A program made the translations under genes and the position numbers. A stretch of DNA of 64,000 nucleotides from Myxococcota bacterium (GTDB lineage Bacteria; Myxococcota_A; UBA9160; JAFDET01). Shown piece by piece: positions 18,342 to 27,296 of this stretch (position 1 is the stretch's first letter; every line of letters begins with the position of its first letter). The notes beneath the pieces were generated by a model, which saw only the letters and a program-made list of their open reading frames with translations, searched no databases and was not told where the DNA came from. The stretch lies in the NCBI GenBank assembly GCA_028278065.1, contig JANQFA010000251.1:11186-75185 (forward strand), given 5' to 3'.

Positions 18342-20048
18342 ATGCGCCTGTTCGGCCGACTCATCATCCTGGCCCTGCTCCTTGCGGTGGTCTGGTCCCT
18401 GTTCTTCCAGGAGCGCAGCCCGGACGTGAACCCGGGAAGCGTCCTGGTTCTCGATGTGGGTGGGGACTACGTGGAGGCGCCCGCACCCAATGCCCTCGCC
18501 CGGCTGCTGGGCGAGGCGCGCACTCCGCTGCTCTCCCTCTACTCCGAGCTGCGCAAGGCCGAGCGCGATCCGCGCATCCACGCCGTCGTCCTGCGCATCT
18601 CGCCGACGGGCATGGCCTGGGCGAAGGCCCAGGAGGTGCGCGACGCCCTCGTGCGCTTGAAGGAGGCGGGCAAGGAGACGGTGGCGTACATCGAGATGGA
18701 GCCCCTGGGCGGGGCCGTCGAGTACTACATCGCCAGCGCCGCCGAGAAGATCTGGATGGCGCCCGGATCGCGCATTCCCTTCGTCGGACTCGCGGCCGAG
18801 TACCTCTTCCTCGGCGGGATGTTCGAGAAGATCGGCGTCGACCTCGAGGTGGAACGCGTGGGCCCGCACAAGACCGCGGCCGACTTCCTGGCCGGGCGCG
18901 GCATGACCGACGCGAACCGGGAGATGGCCAACTGGCTCCTCGACTCGGTCGAGGAGCAGTTCATCGGCGGGATCGCCACGGGGCGCGGCCTCGATCCCGA
19001 GGCCGTGCGCGCGGCTCGCGACTACACGCCGTCCTCGCCGGATCAGCTCATCGCTGCCGGTCTCGCGGATGCCGTCGGCTTCCTGGACGACGTGCTGGAC
19101 GACCTCGGACCGGAGCGCGACGTGCTCTACCGGGAGGACTGGGCGCTCGTGGAGGTGGCCGGCTTCGCGCCGCTCGCGACCGTGGCGCTGGTCTACGGCT
19201 CGGGGAACGTGGTCACCGGCGACTTCGAGCGCACCCGGGGCGGGGCGCCGGTCCTGGCGGGTACGACGGTGGCGCGCAACATCCGCGACGCCGCCGACGA
19301 TCCCGAGATCGACGCGATCCTCTTCCGGGTGGACAGCCCGGGCGGCTCGGCGCTGGCCTCGGACCTCGTCTGGCACGCCACCCAGGAGGCCCGCAAGGAG
19401 AAGCCCGTCGTGGTCTCCTTCTCGGATGTGGCGGCGTCGGGAGGCTACTACGTGGCCTCGGGCGCCGACGCGATCCTGGCCCAGCCGGGCACCGTGACCG
19501 GCTCGATCGGGGTGCTGATGGTGCGCCCGGTGGTCGGCAGGCTGTACGAGAAGCTCGGCATCGCCCACGAGGTGCTGACGCGGGGTGACTACTCCCGGCT
19601 CTTCACCACCAGCGAGCCCCTGGATGCGGACGCGCGCAAGAAGCTGGGCGAAGAGGTGGAGGGCACCTATCAGCTCTTCCTCGACCGCGTGGAGGCGGGG
19701 CGCGAGCTGCCGCGCGAGGCCATCGACAAGGTGGCCCGCGGTCGGGTCTGGACGGGGGCGCAGGCCAAGGACCACGGTCTCGTGGACGAGCTGGGGGGGA
19801 TCTACGCATCGGTCGCGTGGATCCGCGAGAGGCTCGAGCTCTCCGAGAACGCCGACGTGGCCATGGTGGTGTACCCGCCGCCGCGCCCGCTGGCGGACCA
19901 GCTGGCCGAAGCCCTGCGCCAGGGAGTGCAGATCGCCGCTCCCCGGGTCACGCTGCCCCGCTCGCTGGAGCAGGCGCTGCTCTGGCTCGAGACGGTCGCC
20001 ACCGGAGCCCCGGTGCTCGTTCCCGAGTTCACGATCGAGATCCGCTGA
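18342..20048 (+). CDS. sppA: signal peptide peptidase SppA (67K type, two-domain)
   Basis: N-terminal TM segment, two ClpP/crotonase-like halves, and the catalytic Ser context FSDVAASGGYYVASGAD. Confidence 0.85.
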   Translation: MRLFGRLIILALLLAVVWSLFFQERSPDVNPGSVLVLDVGGDYVEAPAPNALARLLGEARTPLLSLYSELRKAERDPRIHAVVLRISPTGMAWAKAQEVRDALVRLKEAGKETVAYIEMEPLGGAVEYYIASAAEKIWMAPGSRIPFVGLAAEYLFLGGMFEKIGVDLEVERVGPHKTAADFLAGRGMTDANREMANWLLDSVEEQFIGGIATGRGLDPEAVRAARDYTPSSPDQLIAAGLADAVGFLDDVLDDLGPERDVLYREDWALVEVAGFAPLATVALVYGSGNVVTGDFERTRGGAPVLAGTTVARNIRDAADDPEIDAILFRVDSPGGSALASDLVWHATQEARKEKPVVVSFSDVAASGGYYVASGADAILAQPGTVTGSIGVLMVRPVVGRLYEKLGIAHEVLTRGDYSRLFTTSEPLDADARKKLGEEVEGTYQLFLDRVEAGRELPREAIDKVARGRVWTGAQAKDHGLVDELGGIYASVAWIRERLELSENADVAMVVYPPPRPLADQLAEALRQGVQIAAPRVTLPRSLEQALLWLETVATGAPVLVPEFTIEIR

Positions 20049-20488
20049 TGCAGATCCGCCGCCGCTTCAACGTACGCTGCCCGCGCGATACGGTGGTCGA
20101 GCTGGCCGCACGGGAGGAGACCCTGCTCGGCCTCTTCCCCGAGACCAAGACCGAGATCGTCGAGCGCAAGGGCGATCGCATCACCCTGCGTTCGCACTAC
20201 ACGGCGCTGGGGCGCGACGGTGTCGCCACCTTCCACTTCGACTTCCTGATGGACGGCAACGTGCGCTTCGAGAAGGTCTGCGACGGGCAGGTGTGGCGTG
20301 AGCTGCGCGGCGACCTGGAGTTCGAGGAGCGGGGTGACGACGAGACCGAGGTGGCCATCTACATGGATGGCCGCACCAGGACCCTGGTCCCCGAGATCAC
20401 CATCAAGGGCCCCATGGAGGACCAGGTCACCGCGATGGAGAAGGCCCTGCGGAGCCGCTTCGAGGCCGCCGCGGGCGGCGAGGGGTGA
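20048..20488 (+). CDS. SRPBCC (START/polyketide-cyclase-like) family protein
   Basis: 146 aa. ATG overlaps the sppA stop (TGATG). Beta-rich pattern typical of the family; no catalytic motif. Confidence 0.6.
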   Translation: MQIRRRFNVRCPRDTVVELAAREETLLGLFPETKTEIVERKGDRITLRSHYTALGRDGVATFHFDFLMDGNVRFEKVCDGQVWRELRGDLEFEERGDDETEVAIYMDGRTRTLVPEITIKGPMEDQVTAMEKALRSRFEAAAGGEG

Positions 20489-21303
20489 CCCGGGTCGAGG
20501 CGTCCGACGGGGTGCGCCTGCACGCCGAGTTCCACGGCGACGGGGTCCCCGTCGTGCTGTCGTGCGGGTACGCGACGACCCACGAGAACTTCCGTCCCCA
20601 GGTGAAGCCTCTCATGGAGGCGGGCGCGCGGGTCGTGCTCTGGGACTATCGGGGACACGGCCGCTCCGCGGCGGCGGCGCCCGGGAGCTACACCCTCGAG
20701 CAGGTGGTGGACGATCTCGGCCGGGTGCTCGACGCGGCGTCGCCCGGCGTCCCCGCGGTGGTGGGAGGCCTCTCGCTGGGTGGGCTGGTGTCGCTCCACT
20801 TCGCGCTGGCCCATCCCGGGCGCGTGCGCGCGCTCCTCCTGATCGACAGCGGGCCGGGCTTCAAGAACCCGGAAGCCGCTGCCCGCTGGCAGGGGCAGGT
20901 CGAGAAGACCGCTGCGATCCTCCGCGAGAAGGGAATGGCGGCGCTCACCTCCGGTCGGGCCGCCTCCACCACCGTCGGGCGCGATCCGGATCTCCCCGCC
21001 GCGCGCGCCGCGGCAGCGGCAATCGAGGCCCAGGACCCGGAGGCGGTGGCCGAGTTCGGGCGTCGTGTGGCCGGACCCGCGCCCGCGGTGATCGACGAGC
21101 TGGCCGGGATCGACGTTCCCGCTCTCGTCCTCGTGGGCGAGGAGGACCAGGCCTACCTGCGCGCGGGCGAGGTGATGGCGGCGCGCCTGCCCCGCGCGTC
21201 CCACGTGGTGCTCCCCGGGGCCGGTCACATCAGCAACATCGAGGCCGAAGCGGCCTTCAACGCTGCGGTCGTTCGGTTTCTGCGCGATCAGGGAGTCGGC
21301 TGA
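20485..21303 (+). CDS. alpha/beta hydrolase
   Basis: GTG overlaps the upstream stop. Motifs WDYRGHGRS and nucleophile elbow GLSLGG, plus C-terminal GAGHISNIE. Confidence 0.85.
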   Translation: MTRVEASDGVRLHAEFHGDGVPVVLSCGYATTHENFRPQVKPLMEAGARVVLWDYRGHGRSAAAAPGSYTLEQVVDDLGRVLDAASPGVPAVVGGLSLGGLVSLHFALAHPGRVRALLLIDSGPGFKNPEAAARWQGQVEKTAAILREKGMAALTSGRAASTTVGRDPDLPAARAAAAAIEAQDPEAVAEFGRRVAGPAPAVIDELAGIDVPALVLVGEEDQAYLRAGEVMAARLPRASHVVLPGAGHISNIEAEAAFNAAVVRFLRDQGVG

Positions 21304-21404
21304 GGGGTTCGCACTGGCCCCTGGGGGTCCGGTCCCGGAGCCGCCGACGGGGGATTCGGGGTGGGGGGCCGCAACCATCCAGCCCCGGAGCGGTTTCACC
21401 TGCG

Positions 21405-21980
21405 ATGGAGGCGCGCTTGCGCGAGGACGAGGACGTCCGGCTGATGCTGGCGTTTCGCGACGGCGACGGCGCCGCCTTCGATCGGCTCTTCGAGCGCTGG
21501 GCCGCCAGGGTGCTGCGCTACCTCGAGAGGATGGTGCGCGACGCCGGCGCGGCCGAGGAGCTGGCCCAGGAGGTCTTCGTGCGCGTGTTCCGAGCCCGAG
21601 AGAGCTATCGCCCCGAGGCGCGCTTCTCCACCTGGCTCTACACGATCGCCACGCGGCTGGCGCTGAACGAGCTGCGCAGGCCACACCGCAGGCGGCCGCA
21701 CGACAGCGCCGACGACGAGGAAGGGCGCGGGCTGCGGCTGGCCGGCGAGCTGCCCTCTGCGGAGTCGGTGGCGGCGGCACGCGAGCGGGGAGACGCCGTG
21801 GACGCGGCCCTGGCCACCCTTCCCGAGCGCCAGCGCAGCGCACTCTGGCTTGCCGCGGTCGAGGGACGGTCCTATGCCGAGGTGGCCGAGATGCTCGACA
21901 CTTCGCAGAAGTCGGTGAAGGCGCTGGTGCACCGGGCGCGCAGCGCGCTGGTGCGGGCGTTGGAGGAGGAGGCGGCATGA
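21405..21980 (+). CDS. ECF (group IV) sigma-70 factor
   Basis: Region 2 (FDRLFERWAARVLRYL, WLYTIATRLALNELRR) and region 4 HTH (YAEVAEMLDTSQKSVKALVHRAR). Confidence 0.9.
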   Translation: MEARLREDEDVRLMLAFRDGDGAAFDRLFERWAARVLRYLERMVRDAGAAEELAQEVFVRVFRARESYRPEARFSTWLYTIATRLALNELRRPHRRRPHDSADDEEGRGLRLAGELPSAESVAAARERGDAVDAALATLPERQRSALWLAAVEGRSYAEVAEMLDTSQKSVKALVHRARSALVRALEEEAA

Positions 21981-22522
21981 GCGAGCGCGAGCGCAGGGAC
22001 GAGGTGCTGGACGAGGCGCTCTCCGCGCTGCTGGACGGAGAGCTCGACGAAGCCGCGGAGGCCGAGCTGCGCCGACGACTGGCGAGCGAGCCCGAGCTGG
22101 CCGCGCGGCTCGAGGCGCTGCGCGGGGTGGACACGATCCTGCGCGAGACGCCCGAGCCTGGGGTGCCCGCGGATCTGCTGGCGCGGGTGCGCGCCGAGGC
22201 CGAGGCCCCCGCGCCGCGTGTCGGCGTTCGTCCCCGCGCACCGCGCCGCGCGCGCCGCCTGGCCATCGCCGGGGCCCTGGCCGCGTCGGCCGCCGCCGCC
22301 CTGCTGGCCCTCTCGCTGCTGCCCGGTCTGCGACCCCGGCCCGAGGCCCCTGCCCCGCCTGCGCAGGCGCAGGCCCCGGCAGCGCCGCTGGATCTGGAGG
22401 GTGCCAGCGAGGAGGAGATCCTCCTGGCCATGGACCTGGAAGCCCTCGAGGAGCTCGAGCTGATCGAGCACCTCGATCTCCTCGAGCGACTCGACGCGCT
22501 CGACGCATCGGGGCAGGGATAG
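21977..22522 (+). CDS. anti-sigma factor (single TM, no zinc-finger Cys)
   Basis: ATGA overlap with the sigma gene. N-terminal LSALLDGELD motif, one TM segment (LAIAGALAASAAAALLALSLL), and an acidic Leu-rich C-tail. Confidence 0.65.
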   Translation: MSERERRDEVLDEALSALLDGELDEAAEAELRRRLASEPELAARLEALRGVDTILRETPEPGVPADLLARVRAEAEAPAPRVGVRPRAPRRARRLAIAGALAASAAAALLALSLLPGLRPRPEAPAPPAQAQAPAAPLDLEGASEEEILLAMDLEALEELELIEHLDLLERLDALDASGQG

Positions 22523-22523
22523 G

Positions 22524-23162
22524 GTGAAGCGCCTCGCCGCCATCGCGCTCGTTCTCGCCGCCGCGCTCGCGGCGCCGGGTCCGCTGCGCGCCGCGGAGCG
22601 CGATGTCCCGCAGCCGCCGGAGGGGATCGAGCTGCCCCCGGCCGGCGAGTGGCGGCGTGGCTGGTGGCGCGACCTCCCGGCGCAGGACCAGCGCCGGCTG
22701 CGCGCCTGGCACGACTCGCTCTCCGAGGAGCAGCGGCGCGCCCTGCGAGGGCGCTACGAGCGTGAGGGTCGTGCCGCGCGTCGAGAGTTCCTGGAGGGCC
22801 TGCCCGCCGACGAGCGTCGCGAGCTGCGTCGGCGCTTCGAGAGCATGAGTCCCGCCCAGCGTCGTGGCCTGCGCCGCGAGCTGCAACGCCTTCCCCCGGA
22901 CCAGCGTCGCGAGCTGGCCGAGAACATCGCCCGCTTCCGCAAGCTCCCGCCCGAGGAGCAGCGCGCCCTGCGCGAGCGGCTGGACGGGCTGCGCGGGCGC
23001 ACGCCCCAGGAGCGCGAGCGCATCCTCCGCAACGCCGAGCGCTGGAGGGAGATGACGCCGGCCGAGCGCGAGCGCATGCGCCGCCGCTGGAAGGAGTACA
23101 ACGCGCTGACTCCCGAGGAGCGCAGCGCGTTGCGCCGCAAACACCGCCCGGACCCGCCCTGA
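22524..23162 (+). CDS. secreted Arg-rich repeat protein, DUF3106-like
   Basis: Signal peptide, then five or more repeats of the L/M-(S/T/P)-P-x-(E/Q)-R-x-x-(L/M)-R-R type (LSEEQRRALRGRY, MSPAQRRGLRREL, LPPEEQRALRERL, MTPAERERMRRRW, LTPEERSALRRK). Confidence 0.6.
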   Translation: MKRLAAIALVLAAALAAPGPLRAAERDVPQPPEGIELPPAGEWRRGWWRDLPAQDQRRLRAWHDSLSEEQRRALRGRYEREGRAARREFLEGLPADERRELRRRFESMSPAQRRGLRRELQRLPPDQRRELAENIARFRKLPPEEQRALRERLDGLRGRTPQERERILRNAERWREMTPAERERMRRRWKEYNALTPEERSALRRKHRPDPP

Positions 23163-23172
23163 GCGGCGGGTC

Positions 23173-24669
23173 TCAGGGGAGATCCGGCGGGGCGTGCCCC
23201 CGGGTCTCGGCGTGCCGGACCAGGGGCTTCAGGCCGCCGCGGAAGCTCCAGGCCTCGAGACCGAGCGCGCGCATCTTCTCGGCGAGATGGGTGCTCTTGA
23301 GCCCGAACTCACAGACCAGCACGTAGCGCTTGTCGGCATCGAACTTCTCGTACGCCGCGAGGGCGTGGGCGAAGTCGAGGTGCAGCGACCCCGGCCAGTG
23401 CCAGCCGGCGAACGCGGCCTTCGAGCGCAGGTCGAGGATGACCGCGTCGGCGGGGATCGTGTCCACCTCGAGGCCCGGGACGGCCATCGCCTCCGGGTCC
23501 AGGACACGGAGATCGAACACCGCCCGTTCGGCCACGGCTCGCTCCAGCAGCGCCGGGTCGATGCGCGCCTCCTCGTGCGCGATGGCCTCGTGGGTGGCCG
23601 CGGTGGCGGGCTTGCGCGGCACCAACGCGCAGTACTCGTCCACGGTGGCGGAGATCGCCCCGGTTCCGACGTGATCGGCGAGGGCGATGATCTCGTCCTT
23701 GTTGAAGGCGACCAGGGGCCGCAGGATCGGCATGCGGGTCGCCTCGGAGATCACGGCCAGGTTGGTGAGGGTCTGCGAGCTCACCTGGCCGACGGCCTCT
23801 CCCGTCACGATCGCCTCCGCGCGCACGTCCCGGGCCACCGCCTCGGCCGCGCGCAGCATGAGTCGCTTCAGGAGCACCTGCCAGTAGCGGGGCTCACCGC
23901 CCGCGCGCAGGTCGGCGCTCACCGCCTCGAAGTCGACGGCGTGCAGCTTGGGCCGCGTGCCGTAGGACCAGGAGTCGGCGATCACCTTCATCACCCGCAG
24001 CACGCCGAGCTGGTGGCTGGCGCCGCCGAGGTTGCAGAAGACGTAGTGCTGGGCGACGCCGCGCTTCAGGAGCTGCCAGGCGGCCACGGCCGAATCGAAG
24101 CCGCCGGAGACCAGCGCCACGGCGCGTCCCTCGACGCCGATGGGAAGCCCGCCCGGACCCGGGAGCCGCTCGGCGAAGAACCAGGTGGCGTCGGGCATCA
24201 GCTCGATCCAGGCCGTCGCCTCGGGACGGGCCAGGTCGACCCCGGCGGACTCGGCCAGCAGGGCGGTGCCGAGCTGGACTTGCACGTCCCGGGACGATGC
24301 GGCGATCCTGGAGCGCTCGCCCACGCGCCGGCAGCGCACCGCGAAGCGGCGGCCGCGCGTGTGATCGGCGAAGAGCCGGGCGCCCGCGGCCACGACGTCC
24401 GCGGTGGCGGTCACCGGGCGCACCACGGCGGGTGACACCGTCTGCACTCCGAAGACGCGAGCGACGATCTCGCCCGCAGCCGGGTCCGCGGCCTCCACGA
24501 AGATGCGCTCGTGGGTGGTGCGGACCTTCGCCTCGACGCCCTCCGATTCCAGGGCGTCGCGCAGGTTGTCCGTCAGCCGCCGGGCGAAGCGGCCGCGCGT
24601 GAAGCGCGCCTTGGTGCCGAGCTCACCGGAGAGGCGCACCAGGAAGGCGTGGGCGAGCGGGGTGGCCAC
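23173..24669 (-). CDS. thiI: tRNA 4-thiouridine synthase ThiI with C-terminal rhodanese domain
   Basis: PP-loop SGGFDSAVAAW with a THUMP-like N-terminus. Rhodanese active-site Cys in VLVCEFGLKS. Confidence 0.9.
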   Translation of the reverse strand: MATPLAHAFLVRLSGELGTKARFTRGRFARRLTDNLRDALESEGVEAKVRTTHERIFVEAADPAAGEIVARVFGVQTVSPAVVRPVTATADVVAAGARLFADHTRGRRFAVRCRRVGERSRIAASSRDVQVQLGTALLAESAGVDLARPEATAWIELMPDATWFFAERLPGPGGLPIGVEGRAVALVSGGFDSAVAAWQLLKRGVAQHYVFCNLGGASHQLGVLRVMKVIADSWSYGTRPKLHAVDFEAVSADLRAGGEPRYWQVLLKRLMLRAAEAVARDVRAEAIVTGEAVGQVSSQTLTNLAVISEATRMPILRPLVAFNKDEIIALADHVGTGAISATVDEYCALVPRKPATAATHEAIAHEEARIDPALLERAVAERAVFDLRVLDPEAMAVPGLEVDTIPADAVILDLRSKAAFAGWHWPGSLHLDFAHALAAYEKFDADKRYVLVCEFGLKSTHLAEKMRALGLEAWSFRGGLKPLVRHAETRGHAPPDLP

Positions 24670-24761
24670 GGCCGGCCAAGCTACCGAAACGTCGACGGGG
24701 CTGCCGCGCGCTATCCTCGGCCGGTCTCCGGCTCCCGGAGACGGATCGGAACCACTCTCCC

Positions 24762-25502
24762 ATGACGCGACTCCCCGACGGCAGCCGGATCCGGGCCGTG
24801 CTCCTGGACCTCGACGACACCCTTCTCGACAATCGAAGTGGGGTCGCCGGCGCGTGGGATCACATCTCCGCGATGCTGGCCGCCGACCACCCGTTCTCGG
24901 TGGAGGACGCGCGCACGGAGATCGACCGCGTCACCGACTGGTTCTGGGACGACCCGGAGCGGCACCGGACCGGGCGTCTGGACCTGCTCGCGGCTCGTCG
25001 CGTGATCCTGGGGCGGGTGCTCGACACGCTCGGCGTCGAGGATCCGGCGCTCGTCGAGCGCGCGGCCTGGGAGTACGGCGAGCACCGCTTCGCGAACCTG
25101 CGTCTGGAGGACGAGGCACTCGATGTCCTGTCCGAGGTGCGCCGACGCGTGGGACGCGTCGGGCTGGTCACCAACGGGGCGTCGGACGCCCAGCGCCGCA
25201 AGCTGGAGCGCTTCTCGCTCGAGCGGCACTTCGACCACGTGCAGATCGAGGGAGAGCTCGGCGTCGGCAAGCCGGAGTCGGAGGCCTACGCCCATGCGCT
25301 CCGCTGCGTGGAGGCGCGACCCGACGAGACGCTCATGGTGGGTGACAGCTTCGAGGCCGACGTGCTGGGCGCTCTCGGCGCAGGTCTGCACGCCGCCTGG
25401 ATCGACGCCCACGGGCGCGGCCGCCCGCCGGGCGAGGCCCCGCGCGCGTTCCACACGCTCGCGTCGATCGGGGATCTCCTCGCGCTGCTCTCGCCCGCCT
25501 GA
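24762..25502 (+). CDS. HAD family hydrolase
   Basis: Motif I LLDLDDTLL, motif II VTNG, and motif IV GDSFEADV. Confidence 0.85.
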   Translation: MTRLPDGSRIRAVLLDLDDTLLDNRSGVAGAWDHISAMLAADHPFSVEDARTEIDRVTDWFWDDPERHRTGRLDLLAARRVILGRVLDTLGVEDPALVERAAWEYGEHRFANLRLEDEALDVLSEVRRRVGRVGLVTNGASDAQRRKLERFSLERHFDHVQIEGELGVGKPESEAYAHALRCVEARPDETLMVGDSFEADVLGALGAGLHAAWIDAHGRGRPPGEAPRAFHTLASIGDLLALLSPA

Positions 25503-25547
25503 GCGGAGGCGCTCCTCGCGCTGCTCTCGCCCGCCTGAGCGGAGGCG
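25476..25547. repeat. perfect 36-bp tandem duplication (2 copies) spanning the HAD stop codon
   Basis: CTCCTCGCGCTGCTCTCGCCCGCCTGAGCGGAGGCG occurs at 25476-25511 and again at 25512-25547 with no mismatch. Confidence 0.95.
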
Positions 25548-25564
25548 CTCGCCTGAAGGACGCT

Positions 25565-26842
25565 CTAGGCGGCGCGTCGGAAGGCGCGCAGGGGCACGAT
25601 CGCCACGAGGATCGCGACGGCGCTCGCCACGTAGAGGCCGCGGTAGAGCGGCAGGGCCTCCCAGCCCTGCGCGAGGAGCAGCTCGAGCGCGATGCCGACG
25701 AGGAGCGGCGCCAGACCGCGGACCAGGCTGTCGATCACGCGGGCGACCACCAGGGTCCGGGCCGGGGCGTCACCGGGCGCCAGCTCGAAGAGCACGTGGG
25801 TGTCGGCCACGTCGAAGCCGGCGGAGAGGGCCTGTAGCGCGAAGAAGAGGAGCCCGGCGAGCGCGAGGTTGGAGGGGTCGTCGGCTCGCACGCCCATGAA
25901 CCCCAGGAAGACCAGCGCCAGTCCGATCGCGGTCCAGCGGAAGACCGGCTCGGGGCCGGTCGCGTCGACGACCCGTCCCCACAGCCAGAGCGTGCTCAGG
26001 CCGCCGGCGTAGAAGGCCACGGGTGCGTACAGGGTGCTCGCATCGCTGAAGCCGATCACCTTGCGCATCATCACGAGTGCGAAGGTGGTCACCACGACCC
26101 GGGCCGAGCCTGCGATCGTGATGCCCGCCAGGTACAGGCGGATCCGGGGTCCCGCGAGAACCCGTACGGCTTCGCGCACGTGGATGGTCTGGCCCGTCCG
26201 CTCGCTCCGCTCGGGCAGCCGCGCGATCATCACCACGCGCAGGCAGCCCAACGCGAAGGCCACCGCGAAGAGCGTTCCGAAGGCCCCCGGGCTGGCCGCC
26301 AGCCAGCGTTGAGCGGCGAAGAAGTACACGATGAGGGTGAAGTGCCAGCCGGTGCGCAGGATCGCGAAGAAGCGCCCGATGCGGGCGTCCTCCTGGTAGC
26401 CGTGCAGGAGCGGGAACCAGACGGCCTCGCCGATCGAGAAGCCCGCCGCAGCCACCGCGAACGAGGAGAGCGCGATCCCGACCGCGAGGCTGCCGCCCAG
26501 CTCCTGCAGGCCCGGGAAGAAGACGAGCGGCAGGGTTCCCAGGATGGCGACGATCTGCCCGGCCACCAGGATGCTGCGCTTCCGTGTGCGTCCGACCCGG
26601 CGCAGCGCCGGAAGCTGGAGCAGCACACCCACGTAGGTGAACATCCGCTGCAGCCCGACCACGCCCTCGCTCGCGCCCAGCGCCAGCAACGCCAGCGTGG
26701 GCAGGTGATCCGTGACCACCATGCGGTGGGTCATCCCGGCCGGATGGCTGGCGATGGCCAGGCGGCGGCCGCGCCGGCGTTCGTCGGCCGAGAGCGGAGG
26801 CGCGGTCTGGGGCATCGGATCGGAAGGAGGGCTGGCGCTCAT
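25565..26842 (-). CDS. MFS-type transporter
   Basis: About 12 hydrophobic segments. Start taken at ATG 26842 (MSASPPSDP), which leaves 34 nt to the divergent gene; the longer ORF to 27118 would overlap that gene. Confidence 0.7.
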   Translation of the reverse strand: MSASPPSDPMPQTAPPLSADERRRGRRLAIASHPAGMTHRMVVTDHLPTLALLALGASEGVVGLQRMFTYVGVLLQLPALRRVGRTRKRSILVAGQIVAILGTLPLVFFPGLQELGGSLAVGIALSSFAVAAAGFSIGEAVWFPLLHGYQEDARIGRFFAILRTGWHFTLIVYFFAAQRWLAASPGAFGTLFAVAFALGCLRVVMIARLPERSERTGQTIHVREAVRVLAGPRIRLYLAGITIAGSARVVVTTFALVMMRKVIGFSDASTLYAPVAFYAGGLSTLWLWGRVVDATGPEPVFRWTAIGLALVFLGFMGVRADDPSNLALAGLLFFALQALSAGFDVADTHVLFELAPGDAPARTLVVARVIDSLVRGLAPLLVGIALELLLAQGWEALPLYRGLYVASAVAILVAIVPLRAFRRAA

Positions 26843-26876
26843 GGGGCGGCGCCAGTGTGGTAGAAAGGGCTTCGTC

Positions 26877-27296
26877 ATGCGAGCGCGCGCGTATCGCATC
26901 CTGTGCGGCGGGGTCGGGGGGCTGCTGGTGGTCGCGGGGCTGGCGCTGCTGCAGCTCTTTCTCCGCTTCCACTCGGCCGGGTTCTCGGGCGAGCAGCCGG
27001 AGCTGCCCGTCCCGTTCGACGCCTGGGCCGTGTACATGGCGGCGATGGCGGGCTGCGCGTGCGTCGGCTGGGGAGGGAGCCTGCTGGGCGCCGTGCGAGG
27101 TGGGCCCGCGGCCCGCACCGTCGGGTCCTTCAGCGCCCTGGCGTTCGCCCTGATGGCGATCTACCGCATGATCGGCTGGATCGTCGGCGAGTACGCGGGC
27201 TTCGCGCGCCTCCTCCGCATGGAGGCCGTCCTCTTCCTGCTGATCGCGCTGGCCTTCGTGTGGCTGCGGCCCCCGCGCGCCGGGATGGAGGCCTGA
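26877..27296 (+). CDS. small 4-TM membrane protein with a CxC motif
   Basis: 139 aa with strong GC3 bias. Cys residues at ILCGG and AGCACVGW. The stop overlaps the next start. Confidence 0.65.
   Translation: MRARAYRILCGGVGGLLVVAGLALLQLFLRFHSAGFSGEQPELPVPFDAWAVYMAAMAGCACVGWGGSLLGAVRGGPAARTVGSFSALAFALMAIYRMIGWIVGEYAGFARLLRMEAVLFLLIALAFVWLRPPRAGMEA

Noticed and set aside
21304-21404. An autoregulated ECF promoter upstream of the sigma gene (GCAACC ... TTTCAC).
   Set aside because: The match to any ECF -35/-10 consensus is loose. The putative -10 lies only 6 nt from the ATG. The evidence is too weak to report as a feature.
24724-24742. The hairpin GTCTCCGG-CTC-CCGGAGAC in the thiI/HAD divergent region, considered as a riboswitch or attenuator.
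   Set aside because: It is a single 8-bp stem in a 92-bp intergenic region. It has no conserved riboswitch core (no THI-box or other element I recognise) and no alternative pairing partner.
25476-25547. The 36-bp direct duplication considered as an att site or target-site duplication of a mobile element.
   Set aside because: The copies are contiguous with nothing inserted between them. No integrase, transposase or tRNA is nearby.
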